DNA of 18,449 nt from an uncultured Oligoflexus sp. (lineage in GTDB: Bacteria > Bdellovibrionota_B > Oligoflexia > Oligoflexales > Oligoflexaceae). The position numbers and the translations under genes are program-made. The DNA is taken from contig CAXSGP010000094.1 of assembly GCA_964236955.1 (NCBI GenBank), positions 1 through 18,449 on the forward strand, in the 5' to 3' direction. The number at the start of each line of letters is the position of its first letter. Positions within the stretch are counted from its first letter, which is position 1. Positions 6,813 through 16,478 of this stretch are shown here, in pieces. Under the pieces are notes generated by a model, which did no database searches, was not told where the DNA came from, and saw only the letters and a list, made by a program, of their open reading frames with translations.

Positions 6813-7718
6813 ATGAAACATTCTTCCCAGACGATTCTGATCATTCTCCTGCTGGCTTTGGCCTGCAAAAGGGGTGACCTAGAGCTAACTGACACGAATA
6901 GCATCCTATTGCCCGGCACCGGTGACATAACTTCTGCGCGAACGATTCAAGAAGAACGGGCTGCAAATCAGGATCGACAGAAAAAGCTTGACGACGCGAT
7001 CACCGTTCTCAAGAGTTCATTGGTCAACTCCAAAAACCTCAGCAGCAACCAGCGGGACGATCTTGAACTCAAGATCGCGGAAGCTGAGGAGGAAAAAGCC
7101 AGGCTTGATGCTCAGGACGAAGAACTCAACAAAAAATTATCGACCACCGAAAAGGAACTGAAGGACGCGCGTCAGCGCAATGAAGAACTGAAAAAGGAAT
7201 TGGATAAAGCCAAAGCAGAAAAGATCGCCAACAGCAAGACAGGCGGGACCGCGCCCAGCAACGGCCCAAACAGCCCCCCAGGTGATGATGAAGTCCCCCC
7301 GCTTGGACCCTACATTCTCTTCCACGGCGATTATTGTCTCGCCCTTAAGGATAAAAGCACGGCCGAAGGCGCACGGCTCACAGTCGAAGTCTGCGCTGCT
7401 GCCGCGCCGCACCAAAGCTTTAATTTCGATTATGTCGATGAAGGCGGAGCTTACCGTCTGCGCAATGAAGCCAGCCAAAAATGCCTGAAGGTCGAATATG
7501 GCTCTATCGATTTCGGCGCGCACCTGATCCAAAGCACCTGCACAAAAACCGATGAATCCGAGCAATTCTACATCCTGGGCTTAAACGAAAACGACTTTTT
7601 GCTGCAAGGCGTAAAGAGTCAGTATTGCTTCAATCTTCAACCCGATAAAACACTGGCCCAGGTCATCTGTGATTCGAAACTGGAATCAAATTTCCAGATC
7701 GGTCCACCTAAGTCTTAA
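6813..7718 (+). CDS. Lipoprotein with coiled-coil stalk and C-terminal ricin-B (beta-trefoil) lectin domain
   Basis: LLLALAC lipobox; K/E/Q/L-rich heptad region (about aa 45-140); G/P/S linker; three Cys-paired repeats ending in QxF-like motifs (CLAL...VC...HQSF; KCLKV...TC...EQF; YCFNL...IC...SNF). Confidence 0.82.
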   Translation: MKHSSQTILIILLLALACKRGDLELTDTNSILLPGTGDITSARTIQEERAANQDRQKKLDDAITVLKSSLVNSKNLSSNQRDDLELKIAEAEEEKARLDAQDEELNKKLSTTEKELKDARQRNEELKKELDKAKAEKIANSKTGGTAPSNGPNSPPGDDEVPPLGPYILFHGDYCLALKDKSTAEGARLTVEVCAAAAPHQSFNFDYVDEGGAYRLRNEASQKCLKVEYGSIDFGAHLIQSTCTKTDESEQFYILGLNENDFLLQGVKSQYCFNLQPDKTLAQVICDSKLESNFQIGPPKS

Positions 7719-7825
7719 TCCTTTGACGGGCCTTGGTTTTAATCGACGATCACGGTGTAATACTCCTTCCTTTTTTCGAGTTTTCTGCTAGATTGTCGCC
7801 CTTCTACACCTGGTGCGAGGAATCT

Positions 7826-9010
7826 ATGCAGAAGATTATATTGAAAGCCGGCAAAGAAAAATCACTGCGGAACCGGCATCCCTGGGTCTTTTCCGGCGCG
7901 ATCCAACACTCCCCAAAAGAAAGCGGAACCTACGAGGTTCGTGATTATAAAAATCAATTCCTAGCTCTGGCGTATTTCAATCCACAAAGCTCACTGGCGG
8001 CGCGGGTCGTCAGCTGGAAAGATGGCGGGACCTGGGACAAAGCCAGTCTGCACCTAAGGGTCCAATCCGCCTTGGGTCGACGCCAAGGTCTTCTTCGTCC
8101 GGGCCAGACCGCCGCCCGGATCGTTGCCTCCGAGGCCGATCAATTGCCCGGGCTCATCGTCGATCTCTACGGCAAAGCACTCGTATTTCAAATTCTCACC
8201 CAGGGCATGGAAGCGATGCGCCCCCTCCTTCTCGAAGTCTTCGAGGACGTCTTCCATCCTGAGATCATAGTCGAAAGAAGTGACGAGCCCATTCGTAAGA
8301 AGGAGGGTATGGAGGAGCGTAAGGAACTGATCAAAGGCATTCTGCCGGAAGGTGGCATCGAGATCCTCGAGCACGGGATCAAACTTCTTGTCGATATCTG
8401 GGGCGGACACAAAACCGGCTTTTATCTCGATCAACGCACCAATCGCAGCAGGGTCACAGCCTATTCCAAAGATAAACGAGTGCTCAACTGCTTCTCCTAT
8501 ACCGGCGGCTTCAGCCTTGCGGCTCTCACGGGCGGAGCCCTTGAGGTTATCAGCGTCGATGAAAGTCGACCCGCTCTCAAACTTGCCGAAGCCAACGTAA
8601 AGCTCAACGGGCTAGCCTCCGATCGCCATTCAACTGTTCAGGCCGATGTCTTTAAGTATTTGCGCCAACTGCGCGAGGCCGGAGAAAGCTTTGATCTCGT
8701 CATCATGGATCCGCCCAAGTTCGTAAGTGACCGAAAGCATCTTGACCGCGCCTGCCGCGGCTATAAAGATCTTAATCTAATCGCCCTCCAACTCCTGAAT
8801 GAAAATGGAATCCTGGTGACTTTCTCCTGCTCCGGCCTCCTCAGCCGCGATCTCTTTCAAAAGGTGATCTTTGGCGCTGGCGTGGATGCTCAGTGTGAGC
8901 TGCAGGTCCTTGAACACCTTTCCCAGTCCGACGACCATCCTGTTCTCCTCACCTTTCCCGAATCCCTCTACCTCAAGGGCTTCGTTTGCCGTAAGATTAC
9001 AACTCTCTAG
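7826..9010 (+). CDS. rlmI: 23S rRNA m5C1962 methyltransferase (RlmI family)
   Basis: N-terminal PUA-like RHPWVFSGAI, SEADQLPGLIVDLYG, GHKTGFYLDQR, VLNCFSYTGGF, DPPKF, TFSCSG, DHP...FPESLYLKG; GAGG SD before ATG 7826. Confidence 0.92.
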   Translation: MQKIILKAGKEKSLRNRHPWVFSGAIQHSPKESGTYEVRDYKNQFLALAYFNPQSSLAARVVSWKDGGTWDKASLHLRVQSALGRRQGLLRPGQTAARIVASEADQLPGLIVDLYGKALVFQILTQGMEAMRPLLLEVFEDVFHPEIIVERSDEPIRKKEGMEERKELIKGILPEGGIEILEHGIKLLVDIWGGHKTGFYLDQRTNRSRVTAYSKDKRVLNCFSYTGGFSLAALTGGALEVISVDESRPALKLAEANVKLNGLASDRHSTVQADVFKYLRQLREAGESFDLVIMDPPKFVSDRKHLDRACRGYKDLNLIALQLLNENGILVTFSCSGLLSRDLFQKVIFGAGVDAQCELQVLEHLSQSDDHPVLLTFPESLYLKGFVCRKITTL

Positions 9011-9018
9011 GGGGTGAT

Positions 9019-10176
9019 ATGGCAAGTAGCGGGTCGGATCAAAGGCATCTGGGATTTTTGATTTCAGGCTTTGCCAGTTTATTCATCATTTCTTTTTTGG
9101 ACAACAGCCGTGGCCCTATCCTTCCCGTGCTTTGCGAAAAACTTAATATTCCCTATGAAACCGCTGGAACATTTCTTACGATTGGCTGCCTAGCAGCTGT
9201 GTTCGTGACCTTTGCCCTCGGCTATTTCTTAAAACGCCTGAGCGAAAGAAAAGTCGCTCTTGGGGTTTCTCTCCTCTGTGTGATTCCAGGGATTCTCGCG
9301 CCCTTTGTCAACTCGGTGGCTATGCTGCTTCTTCTCGGGGTCTTTATGGGGGCATCGGTTACCCTCATGGGGACGATGTGCAATGTCCTGACAATCAAGG
9401 GCAGTCCCAGTCATCTGCGCGGCAGACACTTATCTTTTCAGCAGGTTATGTACGGTTTAGGCTCGCTCCTCGCACCCTATGTATTCAGTCGGCTCATCCG
9501 CTACAATCTCGATTGGTCCTGGATGCTGGTGGGTTGCTCCTTTGCGATTCTGTTGCTCGCCATGGCCTTCTATATCCTCCTGCCCGACGAAGTCGTAGAG
9601 ATATCAGTCGAAAAACCAAAGGGCAAAAAGATGAGTGCAGAGGCCTATGGAATGGTTCTCTTGTTTGCCCTCTACGTCGGCGGCGAAGTCCTGGCCTCGA
9701 TGTGGATGAGCACTCTGATCGTTGGCAAGCAAGGCAAGGCGCCCGAAGAGGCTGCCGTGTATGGGATGGTTTTTTTTGCTTTGATTGGACTTACGCGCTT
9801 TCTCTGTTTTCTCTTTGTCAAACCGCGCTGGGAACCTCGTATTCTGGTCCTCTCGCTGCTTGCTGGAATCATCTTTGCCATTTTAGGACAGCGCGGATTT
9901 ACCGCTGGCCTCCCACTCATCGGCTTGATTGGTCCCTTTTTCCCCTTATGCATGGCGCGTATCAGTCGGGAATTTCCTGAGGATTGGAAGGCGATGACGA
10001 TCTATGTCTTCGTTGGTATTCAGGCTATGCTGGCTATCATGCACCAGACCGTGGGGACCGTCGCTGATGCTTTGGGCATAGAAAACGCCTTTCTCATTTG
10101 CCCGCTTCTCCTCACCTGCACTCTTGTCCTCCTCTACCGAAACCTGAGTCATGCTAAGAGGCCCGTGACGGCTTGA
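9019..10176 (+). CDS. MFS transporter (FucP/TsgA-like)
   Basis: 385 aa with about 12 hydrophobic segments; GPILPVL, YGLGSLLAP, LYVGGE, GPFFP motifs; 8 nt after the rlmI stop with GGGGGTG upstream. Confidence 0.85.
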   Translation: MASSGSDQRHLGFLISGFASLFIISFLDNSRGPILPVLCEKLNIPYETAGTFLTIGCLAAVFVTFALGYFLKRLSERKVALGVSLLCVIPGILAPFVNSVAMLLLLGVFMGASVTLMGTMCNVLTIKGSPSHLRGRHLSFQQVMYGLGSLLAPYVFSRLIRYNLDWSWMLVGCSFAILLLAMAFYILLPDEVVEISVEKPKGKKMSAEAYGMVLLFALYVGGEVLASMWMSTLIVGKQGKAPEEAAVYGMVFFALIGLTRFLCFLFVKPRWEPRILVLSLLAGIIFAILGQRGFTAGLPLIGLIGPFFPLCMARISREFPEDWKAMTIYVFVGIQAMLAIMHQTVGTVADALGIENAFLICPLLLTCTLVLLYRNLSHAKRPVTA

Positions 10177-11305
10177 CCTTTTGCAGGAGACTTATCGATT
10201 TTTCATGCTTCGGATCAAAGCTAAGGGCACGATTCAAAGCTTTGATCGCCTCATCATTTTGAGATAATCTGACATGCGAAAGCGCTATATTAAAATAGAT
10301 TACGGGTTTCAAGCGGTCCGTTTTAAGGGTCTGCAGCGCCGATTCATAGAGTTTTAGGGCCCCTTCAAACTGCTGTGCACGTGCGGCCTGAACGGCGGCA
10401 TTATTAAAGAACCCTGCCGATTCCTCTTCGGAGACGCAAGACTTAAAAAAGGTCACTGCTTCCGCCAATTCGCCTCGGGCAAGCTTGATCCGTCCCACCT
10501 GACGTCCGGCTTCGACCAACGTATCGCCGTCTAGATTGATTGCCTGTTCGTAATGCTCGAGCGCCCTATCCAAATCTCCCTTACCAAAAAAGGCATCGCC
10601 CAGCATGACCAATCGACTTGGGTTCGATGGGCTCAAGATATTACCCCGATTCAGAAGCTCGAGGGCTTCTTCAAAGTACCCCAACTTCATTTTAACCCGA
10701 GCCATGAGATTATTCGCCCGGAGGTTATTGGGGTCTTTGTTGATCAGATCCTGAGCGATCGGTACGACCTTCTCATGATGACCCTGACGGAGAAGAAGAT
10801 TTCCATACTCAAGCTTTACCTTAGGATCATGGCCAAATTTATTGTAGAGCTGTTCGACCTTCGAATCGATCTTTTCCTGACTGTATTGAAAGCTGGATTG
10901 CTTCGATTCGCGGAGAAATTTTTGCATCTCGTTACTTTCACGACCATCGAGCAGCATCTTAGCCTCGGTCACCAGCGACAGCGATATAGCGTTAAAGCTA
11001 TGCAACCTTTCAATGAGCGCGTCGCTAGCAAAGGCCATCATCTGGGGCGTGACCTCGGCGACCAGGATTATCCTCACGAGGTCGATCGCCGTTGTGCTTT
11101 GCCCAAATTTGAAATGAAACTGACGAAGCTGCGTTTCGTCCTGTGCCTGAGAATCATGGAGGAACAGCTCGGGCTTAAAACTGTTGATCGCATCGTAGGT
11201 TTCGCTTAGCGCACTGATAAAGCTGACCTTAAAGTCGTTTTGCAGAGCTTTCTTGATCATATCCCGTTTCGATTGAGCACACAGGGCAAGGACTCTTCTG
11301 ATCAT
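10154..11305 (-). CDS. Atypical receiver-like domain plus tetratricopeptide repeat protein
   Basis: C-terminal TPRs (LGDAFFGKGDLDRALEHYEQAI; YFNIALSHVRLSQNDEAIKALNRALSFDP); N-terminal KPELFLHD resembles receiver beta-3; GAGGA SD upstream. Confidence 0.8.
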   Translation of the reverse strand: MIRRVLALCAQSKRDMIKKALQNDFKVSFISALSETYDAINSFKPELFLHDSQAQDETQLRQFHFKFGQSTTAIDLVRIILVAEVTPQMMAFASDALIERLHSFNAISLSLVTEAKMLLDGRESNEMQKFLRESKQSSFQYSQEKIDSKVEQLYNKFGHDPKVKLEYGNLLLRQGHHEKVVPIAQDLINKDPNNLRANNLMARVKMKLGYFEEALELLNRGNILSPSNPSRLVMLGDAFFGKGDLDRALEHYEQAINLDGDTLVEAGRQVGRIKLARGELAEAVTFFKSCVSEEESAGFFNNAAVQAARAQQFEGALKLYESALQTLKTDRLKPVIYFNIALSHVRLSQNDEAIKALNRALSFDPKHEKSISLLQKVKPSRAS

Positions 11306-11532
11306 GCCTATCCTCTACCTCGGGTCTAAAATATCGAAATATTATCTACTATGATTGAATTATAGAGTATTTTTCCAAAAACGCCTACGCTCCCCCTCAA
11401 GGCCCTTTCATTCGAAACAATCAAAAAAAACCGCACATATTCCAGTTATTCGAAAGGATTGAATTGACCCTACTCCTAAGTCATGCAATTTTATGGTTAG
11501 ACAAAGAATCAATTTTTATTTTGGAGCCGATC

Positions 11533-12819
11533 ATGAATCGATCGTTAGCGGCGTTATTTTTAGCTACCCTGACTGCCGGCCAAGGCTATGCTGAAGCCCG
11601 CGTGGTAGGATTTGATAAACCGCATCGGGCCAACGAATATATTATTCGTTTCAAAGAAGGAACTGTGCAAAACAGAGCCTTCTTCCGTGAGGCCGGCCTT
11701 ACTCAGCTCAGAGCCTTCGCATCCTCGCCGTCGATCTTGGTCAAGGCCGCCTCCGACCGTTCCCATTCGGTTCTTGAATCTTTGAAAAACAACCCTGATA
11801 TCGAATCGATTCAGGCCAATCGCATCTTCAAAATAATGAAGACCCCCGAGGACCCAAAATTTAAGACCCAATATCATCATGCCACGATAAGCAGCGAGAA
11901 GGCTTGGGATATCTCAACAGGTGACAAGTCGATTGTCGTCGCTATCATCGACACCGGGGTTAACTACAAACACCCGGATATCGCCCCGAATTACTGGTCC
12001 AACGCTGGCGAGACCGGCCTTGATGAAAAGGGCAACGACAAGGCCACCAACGGCATTGACGATGATAACAACGGTTATATCGATGACGTCAAGGGTTGGG
12101 ACTTTGTGAACAACGATAACGATCCCATGGATGACAACGGTCATGGCACACACTGTGCGGGCATTATAGGGGCCAAGGGCGATAATGGAGTTGGGGTTAC
12201 GGGTATCAACTGGGATGTTACAGTGGTTGGTTTAAAATTCATCAATGGCAAAACCGGTGAAGGCGATACCGCTGGCGCCACTGCCGCGGTCGAATATGCG
12301 ACCAAGATGCGATTCCCCATCACCAGCAACAGTTGGGGTGGTCCAACTGAAGAGAGTACCGAAGAAGGTCCCGATATCCTGCTGGAAGCCATCAAAGCCA
12401 ATACCGAGGCTGGTTCGCTCTTCGTAGCTGCTGCAGGCAACGATGCCGGGAACAATGACAGCAAACTCATTCTCCCGGCAGGCTATGAACTCGATGGAAT
12501 CTTAACTGTAGCTGCGACTTCAATTTTAGATAAACTCTCGAGTTATTCGAACTATGGCATAAGGACTGTCGATTTGGGGGCCCCAGGCTCCAGCATCTAC
12601 TCCACGGTCCTAGGCAGCACCTATGAATACATGAGTGGAACGTCGATGGCCACCCCCGTTGTGGCCGGCGCTGCAGCCCTCTTGAAAGCAGTTCATCCGA
12701 ACTGGACAGGCGCAGAAATCAAAGCTCAGCTCATGCGAACGGTGGATCCAATTTCAAGCCTTAAAACCAAAGTGAAAAGTGGGGGCCGACTCAACCTTGC
12801 CCGTGCCCTGGCTGACTAA
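11533..12819 (+). CDS. Secreted subtilisin-like serine protease (S8)
   Basis: Catalytic motifs IIDTG, HGTHCAG, AAAGN, SGTSMATP; NGIDDDNNGYIDD loop; signal peptide MNRSLAALFLATLTAGQGYA; GGAG SD supports ATG 11533. Confidence 0.96.
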   Translation: MNRSLAALFLATLTAGQGYAEARVVGFDKPHRANEYIIRFKEGTVQNRAFFREAGLTQLRAFASSPSILVKAASDRSHSVLESLKNNPDIESIQANRIFKIMKTPEDPKFKTQYHHATISSEKAWDISTGDKSIVVAIIDTGVNYKHPDIAPNYWSNAGETGLDEKGNDKATNGIDDDNNGYIDDVKGWDFVNNDNDPMDDNGHGTHCAGIIGAKGDNGVGVTGINWDVTVVGLKFINGKTGEGDTAGATAAVEYATKMRFPITSNSWGGPTEESTEEGPDILLEAIKANTEAGSLFVAAAGNDAGNNDSKLILPAGYELDGILTVAATSILDKLSSYSNYGIRTVDLGAPGSSIYSTVLGSTYEYMSGTSMATPVVAGAAALLKAVHPNWTGAEIKAQLMRTVDPISSLKTKVKSGGRLNLARALAD

Positions 12820-12911
12820 AACCCATGGACTATCCCAAATCCTTGATGGGAGTGCGACCCTGATTGTCTACGCTCTTCCCTCCCGTGCTAAAATAAGACC
12901 AGGGGGGAAGA

Positions 12912-13283
12912 ATGCAAAACAACAATGTTACCGTTTTGTTTGATAGGCAGTGCGCCGTGTGTCGGGTTTTGGCCCAGGTCGTTTCTGATGAATCCCCGCG
13001 CCATTGGGCTTTCCTTGCATGGCAGCAGTATCAGGTCCCTCCATCAGCTCCCAAAAATTGGAACGAAATCATTCCTCGCGAACTCCGCATCGTTACCGCG
13101 GGGCATTATTTCGAAGGTGAAGCAGCATGGCAATTTTTGCTCCAACATAATCCTCGTTTGCAAAAATATCAGCTATTAGCGGCAAAAATAGGTCTCAGCG
13201 CCCCTCGTAGTGCCCGCTGGCTACAGGCGGCAGGTCATGGCATTCGCCGACTATGCTTATCATGCGTTTACTTTCGTCGCTAA
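12912..13283 (+). CDS. DCC1-like (DUF393) thiol-disulfide oxidoreductase family protein
   Basis: N-terminal VLFDRQCAVC matches the DxxCxxC family motif; GEAAW segment; purine-rich SD; TGcTAAAAT extended -10-like site at 12886-12894. Confidence 0.75.
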   Translation: MQNNNVTVLFDRQCAVCRVLAQVVSDESPRHWAFLAWQQYQVPPSAPKNWNEIIPRELRIVTAGHYFEGEAAWQFLLQHNPRLQKYQLLAAKIGLSAPRSARWLQAAGHGIRRLCLSCVYFRR

Positions 13284-13289
13284 TTGCCG

Positions 13290-15413
13290 TTATTGCCAAA
13301 CAATCCGTGATTGAGATCCGCTGTTTTTTTGCAGCTCGCCTATAATCGAAGCATGCCTGAAACCTTCGGCGCGAATAGCGGCAAGCACAGACTCGCCGTG
13401 AGCAGCTTCGACGCTGATAAGGATAGGACCGGATGTCTGCGGATCACAAAGGTAAACAAGATCAGCTGGAGTAAAACTTTCTGCAATGTGCAACTGCTCA
13501 TGGGCGTAACGGATATTTGCTTCCAGCAGGGTCGAACGCACGCCACGAGCGATCAGGTCGCCGACTGCTGGGTAAAGCGGGATCGACAAGGGTTTGAGCG
13601 CGATGAGAGGCCGGTCGCCACCCGCCATTTCCCCAAGGTGCCCAAGCAAACCAAAACCTGTGATATCGGTGCTGCCATGAACTGAGTCTCTACGGATAAT
13701 TTTCGCGAGACTGTGCTGAGACTGCACAAGTTCCAGGAGACAGCTGTCGATCGCATCGGCGGGAGCCAGATGCTGGCCCGCAAATAATATTCCTGTGCCG
13801 AGGGGCTTGGTGAGGATCAATACATCGCCGGCCTTTAAACCTTGCTTTCTTTTCCATGCCCCCTGCACCCAAGCCTGCACCTGGAGGCCAAGTCCAAGTT
13901 GTGTCGTCTCCGAACTATGACCGCCCAGGAGAACGCTATGGGACAGGCTTAATTGTTCCAATACTCCACCCATAAGTTGCAAAAGATCGCTTCGGCCCGA
14001 TGCTTGGGTTTTATGCGGAAGATTAGCTAAGGCGAGGGCCGATTGCATGCTCACGCCCTTGGCAAAGATATCATTGGCCGCATGGTTCGCCGCTATGCGC
14101 CCAAAGATATAGGGATCATCGATAAAAGCCGTGATAAAATCCAGACTCTGCAGAAGCTGACTCACATGCGGAACTTCGATTACAGCGACATCATCCGCGG
14201 CCCCGCCCTCGGGCAGGGTGTTCGGATAGGCTTTTTGAAGGCTTTTGATTACAGCCCTTAACCCACTGCCCTCAAACTTTGCTCCGCAGCCTTGACAGCG
14301 CATGGGTTCAGCTTTCATCAATGGCATCGGCGCTTTGAGTTTTTGAAATTTGGCCATGAATTTCTGATCAATTTTTCTCTTCCAGGCCCAGACCCAGTTG
14401 CCTTCCACACTAAAGCCCCGGCGAATCGCTATCGCCCGCTTATCGCCCAGCGTGAGAATAAGCAGATGATCCTTCTGAAGCTTAATAGGCTTGAGAGACT
14501 GAGCGGAAACATAGCGCCGAATGTTACGATAAAGCGGTTTTGCAGCACGTACGGCAAAGACACCAGCTTTAGCCCGGGGCAACCCTTCGATGCCGGCACA
14601 GTCACCGGCCGCAAAAATATACGAGCGCCCCAGGGCCCGAAGATAGGGATCAACCTTTAAAAATCCTTTGGCGTCGACGGCGAGTTCGCTCTGTGCGAGC
14701 CAGGCTGGTGCCCTTGCGTCCGTGGCCCGATAGAGGCCTAGAAAATTTAAAACCTTGCCATTCGACAAGAAGGCTTTACCTTCCTCGGCCCGCTCCACAC
14801 GCGTCGAGAGTTCAAGTTTAATACCTTTATTAAGCAGAATAGCCTTGATTCGGCTTTGCAGGGCGAGTGAATACTGACTGAGCAAGGCAGCGCCGGAATG
14901 CACGAGGCTAATATCGCTGAAGCCTCTTGCCCTTAGATTCAAAGCGATTTCAATCCCGCCAAGTCCTCCCCCGGCGATTATGATGGGAGCAAGGGGTGAA
15001 AGGCTTAAGACATGTTCCATAAAATATTTAACAGGCTTTATGCCAATCACATTTAAAGAATCGCCGGGGATCGGACTCGGCTCACTGCCGACATTGATCG
15101 ACAAAAGATCGAAGGACAAGGGGGGTCTTTGCCGAAACAAAAGCTCTTTCCGATCGGCGTTGATCAGGGCGACCTCATCCTGATAAAAACTGGCTCCCGC
15201 GGCCTTAGCGATCTGCCGCAAATCAATATGCATGTCGTGATAATTAAAATGTCCAGCAATATGGGAGGGGAGCATTCCCGTGTAAGCGGTGAGGCCTTCA
15301 GGTGAAACGAGTATGAGTTCAAGCCCCGCTATGGGCTTCATGCTCAACATTTTTAAAAGGAGCGCATGCGTATGCCCTCCTCCGACCAATACCAATCGCT
15401 TGACGCCGCTCAT
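13290..15413 (-). CDS. selD: Selenophosphate synthetase fused to an N-terminal FAD/NADH-dependent (Ndh-like) oxidoreductase domain
   Basis: N-terminal LVLVGGGHTH, GGGLGGIEIA, IFAAGDC, KAGVFAVR; SelD part MRCQGCGAK, DDVA, LGGHS, LTKPLGTG, TDITGFGLLGHL, DPQTSG; ATG at 15413 overlaps the selU stop (ATGA). Confidence 0.95.
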   Translation of the reverse strand: MSGVKRLVLVGGGHTHALLLKMLSMKPIAGLELILVSPEGLTAYTGMLPSHIAGHFNYHDMHIDLRQIAKAAGASFYQDEVALINADRKELLFRQRPPLSFDLLSINVGSEPSPIPGDSLNVIGIKPVKYFMEHVLSLSPLAPIIIAGGGLGGIEIALNLRARGFSDISLVHSGAALLSQYSLALQSRIKAILLNKGIKLELSTRVERAEEGKAFLSNGKVLNFLGLYRATDARAPAWLAQSELAVDAKGFLKVDPYLRALGRSYIFAAGDCAGIEGLPRAKAGVFAVRAAKPLYRNIRRYVSAQSLKPIKLQKDHLLILTLGDKRAIAIRRGFSVEGNWVWAWKRKIDQKFMAKFQKLKAPMPLMKAEPMRCQGCGAKFEGSGLRAVIKSLQKAYPNTLPEGGAADDVAVIEVPHVSQLLQSLDFITAFIDDPYIFGRIAANHAANDIFAKGVSMQSALALANLPHKTQASGRSDLLQLMGGVLEQLSLSHSVLLGGHSSETTQLGLGLQVQAWVQGAWKRKQGLKAGDVLILTKPLGTGILFAGQHLAPADAIDSCLLELVQSQHSLAKIIRRDSVHGSTDITGFGLLGHLGEMAGGDRPLIALKPLSIPLYPAVGDLIARGVRSTLLEANIRYAHEQLHIAESFTPADLVYLCDPQTSGPILISVEAAHGESVLAAIRAEGFRHASIIGELQKNSGSQSRIVWQ

Positions 15414-16474
15414 AACAAAAGCTCCGCGAGAAAGTCCCGGCACTGCTCGCGTGACCCCCGAAATAAAATATCCCGGACCGACCTATTCATGCCGTGTTGG
15501 TAGCGTTTGTCGTAGTAATGTTCCAAGAGGTCCCGTATCCAATTCGCATGGGAGATAAGATCGGCACCCTCTGCAAAAGCCTTTCTCATTTCCATTTCAA
15601 GGCCGGCGAAGCGTTTGTCTAAGGCCTTGGACAACGCCTTGAGAGCTTTGAGAAAATGCCCTTCGAGGCGGGGCAAATTCAAACCCCGGCCCAGAGGGTT
15701 GACAATATACTGCTGCCAGATCCTTTCCACCCGATCTTCCCTGTCATCGTCAAGAATAACAAGTGGCGCGCTTTTCATCTGACGAAAGAGGCCATCGGGA
15801 ATAACCATTGATCCTATCATCCGGCTTTCGTCTTCAATGAGCCAATGTCTGGCGGACCCATGAAACTTTAACGAAATTATATTCTCAAAGCTGGCCTGAG
15901 CCTGACTCTTTTCGTCCCAATGAAAGCCAAACACGCTGCCGCGATGCTGCGCTGCGCCTTCCAGATCGACCGCAGAGCCGTTAAACTCAAGTAAAAGATC
16001 TGTTTTCCCTGAACCGGTCAAGCCACTTAAAACCACCAGGGGCAGCGTCTGATTCAATACAGGCAGGAGACGATTGCGGAGAGCTTTGTAACCACCTTCA
16101 AGCTGCATAACCTCCGCCCGCGCTGCGGTCAGCCATTCACAGGCAATCTGCGACCGCATTCCGCCTCGCCAGCACATAATCACGCCCTGCTGGGTCCTTG
16201 CTTGCTGAATATTTTGATTCCAGGCCCTTACCCTTTGTTCGCGAAATGGTCCGACCAGTTCGTAGCCCAGTTGAATGGCAGCTTCCTGCCCCTTTTGCTT
16301 ATAGGCAGTTCCGACTTGATGCCGTTCGGATTGGAAAAGGATAGGACCCGAAGCAAAGAAAGGTATGGAACCACGCTCAAATTCCAATTCCGATCGCACA
16401 TCGATATAGGCCCGATCGGGCGATTCCTTCCTTAAATCGGCTAGGATTTCATCAACTTTAATTTTTGAAGGCAT
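15410..16474 (-). CDS. mnmH: tRNA 2-selenouridine(34) synthase (SelU/MnmH)
   Basis: Rhodanese domain DVRSELEF...CWRGGMRS, GGYKALR, P-loop GLTGSGKT, DLEGAAQHRGSVFG, QASFEN, EDESRMIG, YYD; adjacent to selD. Confidence 0.95.
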   Translation of the reverse strand: MPSKIKVDEILADLRKESPDRAYIDVRSELEFERGSIPFFASGPILFQSERHQVGTAYKQKGQEAAIQLGYELVGPFREQRVRAWNQNIQQARTQQGVIMCWRGGMRSQIACEWLTAARAEVMQLEGGYKALRNRLLPVLNQTLPLVVLSGLTGSGKTDLLLEFNGSAVDLEGAAQHRGSVFGFHWDEKSQAQASFENIISLKFHGSARHWLIEDESRMIGSMVIPDGLFRQMKSAPLVILDDDREDRVERIWQQYIVNPLGRGLNLPRLEGHFLKALKALSKALDKRFAGLEMEMRKAFAEGADLISHANWIRDLLEHYYDKRYQHGMNRSVRDILFRGSREQCRDFLAELLL

Positions 16475-16478
16475 TGGG

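Noticed and set aside
10553..11209. 218-aa antisense ORF inside the TPR gene, and similar shadow ORFs (4575..5147, 9378..9980, 7137..7565, 17625..18056)
   Set aside because: Fully nested in well-supported genes, with no motifs or translation signals.
12822..12852. Hairpin after the S8 protease gene
   Set aside because: Only about 5-bp stems and no U tract; too weak to call a terminator.
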